Origin: Candidatus Poribacteria bacterium
GTDB taxonomy: Bacteria; Poribacteria; WGA-4E; WGA-3G
NCBI GenBank assembly: GCA_965205025.1
Contig: CBDBFU010000004.1
Location: forward strand, 32,001-96,000
Direction: 5' to 3'
DNA length: 64,000 nt
A program made the translations under genes and the position numbers. Positions 9,907 through 18,837 of this stretch are shown here, piece by piece (the stretch's first letter is position 1; every line of letters begins with the position of its first letter). Below the pieces are notes generated by a model. It was not told the DNA's origin. It saw nothing but the letters and a program-made list of their open reading frames with translations, and searched no databases.

Positions 9907-12417
9907 ATGTATATTTTTACAGGTGTAGTTAACATATCAAAAACATGGAATAGATCCGTAATAATGATCTTGATGGTTACACTTCTCATGTGTATAGTCC
10001 ATAGTTCCGAGGGAACAAACATAATTAGTGGTAAGGTCGTAAATAAAGAAACAAAACTCCCAATTTATGGAGCGACTGTTAAAATTGATTCAAAAGGACA
10101 TACCATACAAGAAACTTCAACCGATAGAGAAGGCAACTTTCATTTTACGCAAGATTGGCATGAGGATCAACAACTTCATGTCAATTCAGAAGGTTTTAAT
10201 TTCTACAAGCAAGTACTATCATCTACTGGAGAGTTAGATGGTTTGGAAATAATGTTAACACAACAGCCTTTTGAGCTTGCACCCATCGAAATCATAGGTC
10301 AATCTTTACTGGAACATAAGAAATTACCGGGTACAATGACTAAGTTAGAACCAGAGACTGTTAATTTAATCAATCCTGTAGGAACCCAAGAATTACTTGA
10401 ACTAATACCTGGAATCAATGGATATGCAGATGATGGTTTCGGGAACTCACGATTGAGTATTGGCATACGTGGTTTAAACCCGCGAAGAAGTGCCCGTGTG
10501 CTTTTGCTTGAAGATGGTGTCCCAATTCAACCCGCCGTATATATCTATCCAAATGCTTATTACAACCCACCAGCAGACCGTATTGATGCAGTCGAAGTTA
10601 TTAAGGGTAGTGGAGCTATCCGCTATGGTCCACAGACTATGGGGGGTGTGATAAACTATACAACCCGAAAACCAACAGGAATACAAGGCTTAGCTAATCA
10701 AATTACTTTGGGAAACAATGGATATTATAGTGGATTCTCAGAAATCAGAGGAATTGGAAGTCCTGATATCGTTGTCTCAGATGTACAACTTCTATATAAA
10801 CATGGGGATGGATTTAGAGATAATAATACTTTTGATCAATTCAATGGTACAGTGAAGACATTATTCCAATTGACTGAAGAAAAAACACTATACATGAAAT
10901 TAAATGGGAATTATGAAAATTCAAATGCAACATATACAGGATTGACAGAGTATTCTTTTAGGACAAATCCGAATTTCAATCCAAAGAATGATGACAATTT
11001 TAAAGTCATACGTACTTCACTTGACCTAATTTATACCAACAAGATATCAGATAACATAGTTAGTAATTCGACCCTATATTCAAGTCTTTTTGATCGTAGA
11101 TGGTGGCGTGAGGATGATATTTTTGTTCGACCATCCTCATTTGACACAGGTAAATTAACACCAGTACCGTATTTCCAAAACGGAGACCTTATCAGAACTG
11201 GTAATGGAAAGAGTAATTTTGGTATTCTGCGTACATTCTATGTTGGTGGAGTGGAGCAAAATTACGCATGGAAACATGGAATTGGTAGCAATTCAGCAAA
11301 TGTAGACATTGGGGGCAGATTACATTGGGAAAGGTTTATTGACGATAGGAAAGTTGGTAATGCCCCTGATGCACGAGATGGAGTTTACTATACTGGTGTA
11401 CAGGATTCAACTAAAGACCCTGTGAAGATTGTTGGACAAAGTCATCATTACGAAACTACTGCATTGGCACTCTACGCAGAAGAACAGATTGAATTTCAAA
11501 ACTTGACTCTGATAACCGGTGTTCGGTATGAGCTATTTAAACAAGACCGTGTTGATAGATTACGCGGGTCAGTACTCGCTGATAAAGTATCTTCTGTATT
11601 ATTACCAGGTATTGGCGTAAATTATGAAGTAGGACATTTCAACTTTTTTGGGGGTATTCATAGAGGTTATACTGCACCTTCCAGCGGGGCATTAAAGATA
11701 ACTAATTTTGGACAGAATGTGGAATCTGGTGGACTTGACCTTGAACCTGAGAAAAGCTGGAATATGGAAGTTGGTGTTAGATCCTGGATACCGGGGATTA
11801 TCCTAGAGACATCCACCTTTTTGATTCAGATTGAAGATTTAGTCGCAGCGGGAAGAGGTACGGCATTTAAGAATTTAGGTAAGGTCAATCTATCTGGACT
11901 CGAATTTGCAATGAAATTAGGTATATCAGAATTATCTTCAATTCTTCCAGATTTCAACTTTACATATACATACCTTCAAACAGAAATTATTGATGGAATT
12001 ATAAAGTCTGCTACTATAGCAGGTAATGTTGATGTAGATATAAATGGTAATGAATTACCCTATGCTCCACAACACACCTTTACAATAGGTTTGTCAAAAT
12101 ATTTATGGGATTCTATCCGTATGCGTGCAGATATGCGGTTTGTTGATGAAGTATTTACTGATTTTGAGAATCTACAACAAACCTTTAACCGAGGAGACAC
12201 TGGACCTATTCCAAGTTATTCAATTGTTAATGCAAGTATAGATTACAAAGTTTCACAACAATGGCAGCTATTTTTTACTGTCAAAAACCTATTAGATCAA
12301 GTTTATATCGGGTCACGACTGCATTCAAATGCTGGTCAACCTGAAGCAAATCTAAGCTCAGGAATCTTAATTGGTCCGAGAAGACAGATATTATTTGGTA
12401 TAAAACAAGGTATATAA
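9907..12417 (+). CDS. TonB-dependent receptor (FecA-like) with N-terminal carboxypeptidase-regulatory-like domain
   Basis: ISGKVVNKETKLPIYGATV N-domain; plug motifs IGIRGLNPRRS, LLEDGVP, IKGSGAIRYGPQTMGGVINY; LEPEKS; VKNLLD. Confidence 0.93.
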   Translation: MYIFTGVVNISKTWNRSVIMILMVTLLMCIVHSSEGTNIISGKVVNKETKLPIYGATVKIDSKGHTIQETSTDREGNFHFTQDWHEDQQLHVNSEGFNFYKQVLSSTGELDGLEIMLTQQPFELAPIEIIGQSLLEHKKLPGTMTKLEPETVNLINPVGTQELLELIPGINGYADDGFGNSRLSIGIRGLNPRRSARVLLLEDGVPIQPAVYIYPNAYYNPPADRIDAVEVIKGSGAIRYGPQTMGGVINYTTRKPTGIQGLANQITLGNNGYYSGFSEIRGIGSPDIVVSDVQLLYKHGDGFRDNNTFDQFNGTVKTLFQLTEEKTLYMKLNGNYENSNATYTGLTEYSFRTNPNFNPKNDDNFKVIRTSLDLIYTNKISDNIVSNSTLYSSLFDRRWWREDDIFVRPSSFDTGKLTPVPYFQNGDLIRTGNGKSNFGILRTFYVGGVEQNYAWKHGIGSNSANVDIGGRLHWERFIDDRKVGNAPDARDGVYYTGVQDSTKDPVKIVGQSHHYETTALALYAEEQIEFQNLTLITGVRYELFKQDRVDRLRGSVLADKVSSVLLPGIGVNYEVGHFNFFGGIHRGYTAPSSGALKITNFGQNVESGGLDLEPEKSWNMEVGVRSWIPGIILETSTFLIQIEDLVAAGRGTAFKNLGKVNLSGLEFAMKLGISELSSILPDFNFTYTYLQTEIIDGIIKSATIAGNVDVDINGNELPYAPQHTFTIGLSKYLWDSIRMRADMRFVDEVFTDFENLQQTFNRGDTGPIPSYSIVNASIDYKVSQQWQLFFTVKNLLDQVYIGSRLHSNAGQPEANLSSGILIGPRRQILFGIKQGI

Positions 12418-12429
12418 TTTAGTGTATAC

Positions 12430-12463
12430 AGATATAGAAATGTATTATAACATTTCTATATCT
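12430..12463 (+). terminator. perfect 14-bp hairpin after the receptor gene
   Basis: AGATATAGAAATGT-ATTATA-ACATTTCTATATCT. Confidence 0.55.
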
Positions 12464-12485
12464 TGTATCTTCAAACTTAATTTTG

Positions 12486-12504
12486 GATAATGAGATTCAT
12501 TATC
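12486..12504. promoter_or_regulatory. Fur-box-like palindrome
   Basis: GATAATGAGATTCATTATC inside the longer inverted repeat TTTTGGATAATGA...TCATTATCCAAAA, 20 nt before the ATG. Confidence 0.85.
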
Positions 12505-12524
12505 CAAAAAATGTAAGGTGATTT

Positions 12525-13841
12525 ATGATAAATATTTCAAATAAACTACAATGGTTAACAGTTTTTCTAACAATTTCAATCCTATTTATTTGCGGATGCG
12601 GTAGTGACGAAGATGATGATACTATAGATCAAACTGGTGAAGGGAAAATCCAAGTTCCTCAAGCGTATGTATTTGACAGTCGTTTCCAAGAGGGAGAAAG
12701 TAGTGTATCCTATTCTGGACAAGTTGTTCGAAATTTACTACTACAGGATCTGAAAGCAGTTACAGATAGTGTCGGAAAAGATAGTGGGAAAGCTGCATCT
12801 GTAGATGATATGTTACAATTATATGAATACGACGATGCTTTGAACCTAAAAACAATTACTACCACTGGATCCGTACCTGCCCTTGAAAGTCAGTACTCTT
12901 CTCTATCAACTGGTAAGAATCTCGTTGGTAAAATCTCCGATGCTCCTGTTATCGGTTATAACCGGTCTGCCGATGATTTAGTACGAGAATGGTTCAAAGG
13001 AATATCGGACAACTCACAAGATTCGGATAAACTCGGTACTGCAATGGCTTATACTACCGAAGATGGTGTTGACATGTCTCAGATGATAAACAAAGTCCTT
13101 ATTGGTGCTGTTCCCTACTATCAAGCAACTGGCGTTTACCTTGATACTCTACTTGAACGTGATAATAGTGAAGCAAGGGATGGTACAAAACCGTATACTG
13201 CAATGGAACATGCATGGGATGAAGCTTTTGGTTATTTCGGGGCAGCTCGGGATTATGCTCGATATACCGATATACAACTGGCTGGATCAGTTGATGATTT
13301 TACTTTTGATTCTAATGGTGATGGATCAATAGATTTCAATTCCGAGTACAATTTCGGTCTATCCAGAAATGCTGCTAAACGGGATAAAGGAGGTACAGGC
13401 GTTGATTTTACTACTGAAATCTTCAATGCATTCCTTGCCGGTCGGACTGCTATCACAAATCAAGGATCTGTCTCAGAAATAAGTGCACACAGACAAGCTG
13501 CTGCAAATGGCATGGAAAAAGTAATCGCCGCAACTGTTGTTCATTACATCAATGATACACTTAGTGATATGTCAAAGTTAGGGACAGACGAAGAGAATCT
13601 TGCTAATCTAAATAAACATTGGGCAGAAATGAAAGGATATACAGTTGCATTACAGTATAATCCTTTCAAGTTAATTAGTGATGGTCAACTTAGGGAGTTA
13701 CATGGTATCATGGGAACGGCTCCGAAGTACGATACACCCGGAACAGATGCCTATAAAACTCAGGTCACTAATTATCAACGAGCAAAAGATGTAATGCAGG
13801 CTGCTTACGGATTCTCAAATTCAAACATGGAGAACTGGTAG
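12525..13841 (+). CDS. DUF4856-family lipoprotein
   Basis: Lipobox-like ICGC; SVSYSGQ and YTAMEHAWDEAFGYFG motifs. Confidence 0.8.
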   Translation: MINISNKLQWLTVFLTISILFICGCGSDEDDDTIDQTGEGKIQVPQAYVFDSRFQEGESSVSYSGQVVRNLLLQDLKAVTDSVGKDSGKAASVDDMLQLYEYDDALNLKTITTTGSVPALESQYSSLSTGKNLVGKISDAPVIGYNRSADDLVREWFKGISDNSQDSDKLGTAMAYTTEDGVDMSQMINKVLIGAVPYYQATGVYLDTLLERDNSEARDGTKPYTAMEHAWDEAFGYFGAARDYARYTDIQLAGSVDDFTFDSNGDGSIDFNSEYNFGLSRNAAKRDKGGTGVDFTTEIFNAFLAGRTAITNQGSVSEISAHRQAAANGMEKVIAATVVHYINDTLSDMSKLGTDEENLANLNKHWAEMKGYTVALQYNPFKLISDGQLRELHGIMGTAPKYDTPGTDAYKTQVTNYQRAKDVMQAAYGFSNSNMENW

Positions 13842-13948
13842 GTAATACTCTAAGTTCGGACCCATATAAGGTTGAGTAGTTAAACAAAGGAAGATTATCC
13901 ACGTAATGGTTAATCTTCCTTTTTACATCTCTTGAAACGTCCAAAAAG

Positions 13949-15439
13949 ATGAACAAACAGGAACAAACAAACCATCTATTCACATGGGGATTTATCTTAC
14001 TCTGTTGTATTGTTTCCCGTTTGTTAAGTACTATCTATTACATTGAAGATATAGACAGTCTAAGATTTGCATTGAGTATGCTGGAATATGATGTAGAAAA
14101 GTTACAACCTCATTTTCCAGCATATCCCGTCTTCTGTTTCCTAGCAAAATTCATTTATATCTTGACTGGACGGTACTCTATAGCATTTTCAATTATAGGA
14201 GGTATATCCACTTTTCTGATAATCTTCTTTACCTTAAAGATTGTTAAGATCAAATGCACTTCTCAATTGGGAATAATCGCTATCTTGATTTTATTCATGA
14301 ACCCTTTATTGTGGTTAATGAGTAATCGTTATATGCCAGATATTTTAGGTCTTGCATGTCTATTAGGAGCATTCTATTACATCTTAAAATCTATACACAA
14401 GGATGGAAACAACTCATCATTTTATGGTTACATTGGATATTTTCTTGCAGCAATTTTGTCGGGAATAAAAATCTCATATATCCCATTATTGATACCAGTC
14501 CTATTAATCGGATTAAAAAACAATAATAGAATAAAGTTAATTATCGTAGGATGCATAGGGCTATTATTGTGGCTAATACCATTATTGTGGATGACAGGGT
14601 GGAAGACACTCTTAGGAAGTGCTCTGAACCAGACACAAGGGCACTTTACAGATTTTGGGGGTACAGTTTCAACAAATCCGGATTTATGGCTCCGTTTGAG
14701 TAAAATTATCGAGAGTATCGTTGCTGATGGGTTTGGATTATATTGGCTGGGACGTCATCTCATAACAGCTGTAAGCACTATCCTTCTCTTAGTTATAATT
14801 TTCTCAAATTGGAAATCAATAGTAGGTAGAACTGAACAGAGTCTGTTTGGACAGAATCATATATACCACCAATCACTATTGATTGGTTGCATAATTTATT
14901 CTGTCTGGTTATTTGTAGGACAGAATGTGATATATAAGAGTCGACATATAATACCATTATTACCTTTTTTCTCTATAGGAATAGCCATCGCATGTAATCA
15001 AATGTTAATAAATGCGAAGAAGCAGACTGATTCAATACGTATGGTATTGAAAAGATGGTATCAATACAGCATTGGAATTCTTGTATGCTTTCTTCTTTGT
15101 TATAGTTTCGTTACAATACATACCGTCATTCAACATACAAGACCTACCGCAATAGCACAAATACAAAGATACTTACTCGAAAAAACATCTCAATCTAACC
15201 ATGAACTCAAAATTGTATCTGTTCCACTAATTAAATATTATTTGGTGTCCCAAGGAGTGAAAGCAGAATATATACCTATAAAATCTCCAAAAGATATACA
15301 ACAACTTAATGATCTGAACAGTAAATATGTAGCAATTGGAACAAATTTACCTAATCGCAATCCAAAAAAGGAATTTACGTTTTACCATAACCCTTATGTG
15401 AACAGAATGTGGTCAGAATTACATGTATATGAATACTAA
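13949..15439 (+). CDS. polytopic membrane protein, GT-C/glycosyltransferase-39-like
   Basis: Many TM helices; EDIDSLRFAL...QPHFPAYP loop after TM1; R.IIPLLP motif. Confidence 0.6.
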   Translation: MNKQEQTNHLFTWGFILLCCIVSRLLSTIYYIEDIDSLRFALSMLEYDVEKLQPHFPAYPVFCFLAKFIYILTGRYSIAFSIIGGISTFLIIFFTLKIVKIKCTSQLGIIAILILFMNPLLWLMSNRYMPDILGLACLLGAFYYILKSIHKDGNNSSFYGYIGYFLAAILSGIKISYIPLLIPVLLIGLKNNNRIKLIIVGCIGLLLWLIPLLWMTGWKTLLGSALNQTQGHFTDFGGTVSTNPDLWLRLSKIIESIVADGFGLYWLGRHLITAVSTILLLVIIFSNWKSIVGRTEQSLFGQNHIYHQSLLIGCIIYSVWLFVGQNVIYKSRHIIPLLPFFSIGIAIACNQMLINAKKQTDSIRMVLKRWYQYSIGILVCFLLCYSFVTIHTVIQHTRPTAIAQIQRYLLEKTSQSNHELKIVSVPLIKYYLVSQGVKAEYIPIKSPKDIQQLNDLNSKYVAIGTNLPNRNPKKEFTFYHNPYVNRMWSELHVYEY

Positions 15440-15489
15440 TAGAAATGCAGAAGAGAATTAGTAGGTATGTGGTTCTCTAAACGACTATA

Positions 15490-15655
15490 TAATAGTGTAA
15501 TTTAAGACATATACACTTACATACCTCGGTAGGTGCTGTTTCCCGACGAATTCCTATCGGGAATACCTTAATGGCATTCATACCGTTGATTTGACGGATT
15601 CGGTGTTGATTCCCCGCATTGGTTTTTAGTGTATCATAAACTTAAAATCTACCAT
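15490..15655. repeat. REP-containing intergenic element
   Basis: GGTAGG hairpin and an AATCAACGGTATGAATGC unit (reverse strand) also present near 44936 and 46609. Ends approximate. Confidence 0.55.
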
Positions 15656-15752
15656 ATTATGACTTAATCACACAAACTGATTTTGTGAATCATTGTTCAG
15701 AAATAACATAAGACATTATCAATCTATTTTTGGTATCGGAGAAAAATTCATA

Positions 15753-17084
15753 ATGGAAATTCCTGATCTTCATATACTCGGTGGTGGGCCTGCAGGTTTA
15801 ACGACAGGATATTATGCCAAGAAACACAATATCAATTTCCTTATATATGAAGCGGGGGAACAAGTTGGAGGGAACTGTCGTACACTTCAAATTGATAACT
15901 TTTTGTTTGATACTGGAGCACACAGATTTCATGATAAAGACCAAGAAGCAACAAAAATAGTTAAAGAATTACTTGGAAATGATCTACAAAAGGTTGATGC
16001 CCCAAGCCAGATTTACTTTAAGAGTAAATATTATTGCTTTCCATTGGTACTAAGTGATCTGGTTCAGAAACTGGATAGAAAAACTCTACTAAAAATCATT
16101 TTTGAGAAACTGCAAAGTGGACAGATAAGGCATTTAGATAATTTTAAACAACTTGCACTGAAAAAGTATGGCAGTACGTTAGCAAACAATTTTCTACTTA
16201 ATTACTCTGAAAAACTATGGGGTGAGACACCAGAAAAACTATCTACATCAATTACTGGCAACAGACTAAAAGGATTAAACCTTTGGAGTTTTCTACAATC
16301 TACCGTTCTGGGTACTCCAAAGAATCCAAAACACTTAGACGGAACATTTTTCTATCCAAAATACGGGATTGGAATGATTCCTAATAAACTCTCTGAATTT
16401 ATAGGTAAAGAACGGATTCACTTAAATCATAGAATTAGTCGTATTAATCATAATTATGAAAAAATTGAAAGTGTAATATTAAATGATGATCTGGAGACAC
16501 AGATTAAGTATGTTGTGAATACATTACCTTTAACATTATCAATTCGTTTGATGAATCCAAAACCCCCATCTGAATTATGTGAAGTAGCAAATTCAATAAA
16601 ATTTCGACATCTTGTTCTTTCAATATTCTGCTTAAATCGAGAATATTACACACACAATGCTTCACTTTATTTTCCAAGTGAAGACTTTCCATTTACACGT
16701 TTGTATGAACCAAAAAACAGAAGCATTCACATGGCACCAGTTGGACAAACAGTAATTGTATTGGAAATCCCATGTTACACAGAAGATCCAATCTGGTCAA
16801 TGGAAGACAATACTATTGAAAAAATAGTATGGGACGCTTTAAGTAAAGTTAAGACAATAGATGCAGAGGAGGTAATCCACAGTCAAATATATAGACTTCC
16901 TTTCGCTTATCCTGTTCTTGAAGTAGATTTCGAAGATAAAGTTAAGCAGCTGGTGTCTTATTTCGACCAATTTAATAATTTACTTCTGACCGGCAGGAGT
17001 TCGCTGTTCAGGTATCTACATCTACATGACCTTTTTCATGCAGGCAAAGATGTAATAAGTAAATTGCAACAATCAAACATATAA
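15753..17084 (+). CDS. FAD-dependent oxidoreductase (protoporphyrinogen-oxidase/UDP-Galp-mutase-like superfamily)
   Basis: ILGGGPAGL Rossmann motif; EAGEQVGG; FDTGAHRFH; AYPV...GR..LFRY. Confidence 0.8.
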   Translation: MEIPDLHILGGGPAGLTTGYYAKKHNINFLIYEAGEQVGGNCRTLQIDNFLFDTGAHRFHDKDQEATKIVKELLGNDLQKVDAPSQIYFKSKYYCFPLVLSDLVQKLDRKTLLKIIFEKLQSGQIRHLDNFKQLALKKYGSTLANNFLLNYSEKLWGETPEKLSTSITGNRLKGLNLWSFLQSTVLGTPKNPKHLDGTFFYPKYGIGMIPNKLSEFIGKERIHLNHRISRINHNYEKIESVILNDDLETQIKYVVNTLPLTLSIRLMNPKPPSELCEVANSIKFRHLVLSIFCLNREYYTHNASLYFPSEDFPFTRLYEPKNRSIHMAPVGQTVIVLEIPCYTEDPIWSMEDNTIEKIVWDALSKVKTIDAEEVIHSQIYRLPFAYPVLEVDFEDKVKQLVSYFDQFNNLLLTGRSSLFRYLHLHDLFHAGKDVISKLQQSNI

Positions 17085-17157
17085 ATAATAATATAGATAA
17101 TAAATACCAATTTAAGTTGTAAATTACAAATTAAACTGAGAATATTGAAAAATAAAT

Positions 17158-17186
17158 TTGACATTAATTAATAATTATAGTATTCT
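17158..17186 (+). promoter_or_regulatory. sigma70-type promoter of heme operon
   Basis: TTGACA-N17-TATTCT. Confidence 0.6.
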
Positions 17187-17241
17187 ATCAATGCAGCAAC
17201 CGTAATAAAGCATCTACTGCTTCAAAAACAGCCTCTATTAT

Positions 17242-17260
17242 GATAATGAGATTCATTATC
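17242..17260. promoter_or_regulatory. Fur-box-like palindrome
   Basis: GATAATGAGATTCATTATC, identical to the 12486 site, within ATTATGATAATGA...TCATTATCATAAT. Confidence 0.85.
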
Positions 17261-17434
17261 ATAATTAAAGGTTCTTTTGAATACTCCTTAGGAACAGACG
17301 GTATAATACGAGGATAGGATTCTAACTACAACCGACTATACCTTAACTCGAATTTACCTTTGTTGAACAATGGTTCTGTTAGATGAATATGTCACAGAAT
17401 CTACAAGGTCGTTTATTCAGTACATATTCACTAC

Positions 17435-17464
17435 GTTTGGTAGGGAGGTATATCCCTACCAAAC
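17435..17464. repeat. REP-like hairpin
   Basis: GTTTGGTAGGGA-GGTATA-TCCCTACCAAAC, perfect 12-bp stem. Confidence 0.6.
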
Positions 17465-17511
17465 CTACTGACATGTCATTATAATCTATTTACTAATGTA
17501 GGAGACAGTTA

Positions 17512-17877
17512 ATGATTACTGTAGCAAATCGTATTTATGTAGCAGAAGACTATAAGGACGAATTTGAAAAAAGGTTTCGAAATCGAGCTAAACTTGTTGA
17601 TGGAATGCCAGGGTTCATCTCAAATCAGGTGTTGCGACCTGTGAATGATGGTGATCCTTATATTGTCTTTACACTCTGGGAATCACGCAAAGATTTTGAG
17701 AACTGGGTTGATTCTGAGGAATTTCGGAAAGGGCATGCACAATCAGGAACGCTACCAAATGAAGCCTTCACACAATCAAACAAACTGGAACTACATGAGG
17801 TGTTTTTATATTCTGAGGAACCAGATTTGAAGGATGAACCATCAGGTGGTCCCTTCAAGATTCACCAAGAAGGATAA
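17512..17877 (+). CDS. ABM-domain heme-degrading monooxygenase (IsdG/HmoA-like)
   Basis: N-terminal Asn (ANRI), FEKRF, MPGF, WES...W..SEEFRKGH; heme-uptake context. Confidence 0.85.
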   Translation: MITVANRIYVAEDYKDEFEKRFRNRAKLVDGMPGFISNQVLRPVNDGDPYIVFTLWESRKDFENWVDSEEFRKGHAQSGTLPNEAFTQSNKLELHEVFLYSEEPDLKDEPSGGPFKIHQEG

Positions 17878-18096
17878 TTATACGCAGAAAAAGCGGCGAG
17901 TAGAACAAGGCATGCTCCAACTGGCAATTGATAGCAAATGCCGATGTTTCTAATGGAAATGATACATCTGGACTGATGATCTACAATCTCTCGCGTTTGA
18001 TGGATCACACGCACAAGGTATGAACGTAGTCACCCTATGCCTTTTCTGCATTTATAAGAATACAACATTAGTATCTCAACTGTCAAGGGGAATTCA

Positions 18097-18819
18097 ATGG
18101 ACAACAATGTAAATACTTCAAATAGGCATTCTGTAGGTAAAGATAGTAAAAAACCTGTAAAACGTAGAAGACGTTCACCATATTCCTTCTTACCGCTTAG
18201 ATGGAGTCGAGGGAGTTTCCTAAAATGGCTTCGGAGAACGCATGCATGGTTAGGTCTTTGGGGAGCAGCATTAGGAATTCTGTTTGGTGTGACCGGGATC
18301 CTTCTTAATCATAGAGGAAAGTTACAGATCAACGCAGCCCATACCGAACAGACAGAGCATGAATTGACTCTTCCCAAACAAAAACCAGAAAATATCGAAG
18401 AATTCGCATTATGGTTGAAGACAGAACTTAATATCAATAAGGAATGGAGTCGTATTCGTTCACAAAAGCCTCGTGAAATAAGTTGGGGTGGAAAATCTGT
18501 GACACAACCGGCAAGATGGAGTGTCAGTTTTAGTAATCCTAAAGGAGGTTACAGTGCAGATTATTGGGTCGGTAATACCTATACATCAGTACGACATTTT
18601 AATAGGAATATATTTGCTTTTCTAAACCGATTACATATGGCAAGTGGATTAGGAGTCGGTTGGATTCTTCTTGCCGATACAATCGCAGGGAGCTTAATTA
18701 TCCTATCACTCTCAGGCATATTACTTTGGACCCGTTTACATGGTCCAAGACTTCTGGCAGCCAGCCTTGGTATAGGATCTATATGTATGGCAGTATACTT
18801 CGTCTGGAGAGCCTTCTAA
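18097..18819 (+). CDS. PepSY-associated TM helix protein
   Basis: LRRTHAWLG...GVTGILLNH; LNRLH; SGILLW. Confidence 0.85.
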   Translation: MDNNVNTSNRHSVGKDSKKPVKRRRRSPYSFLPLRWSRGSFLKWLRRTHAWLGLWGAALGILFGVTGILLNHRGKLQINAAHTEQTEHELTLPKQKPENIEEFALWLKTELNINKEWSRIRSQKPREISWGGKSVTQPARWSVSFSNPKGGYSADYWVGNTYTSVRHFNRNIFAFLNRLHMASGLGVGWILLADTIAGSLIILSLSGILLWTRLHGPRLLAASLGIGSICMAVYFVWRAF

Positions 18820-18837
18820 AAAGAAAAGGATCAACAC

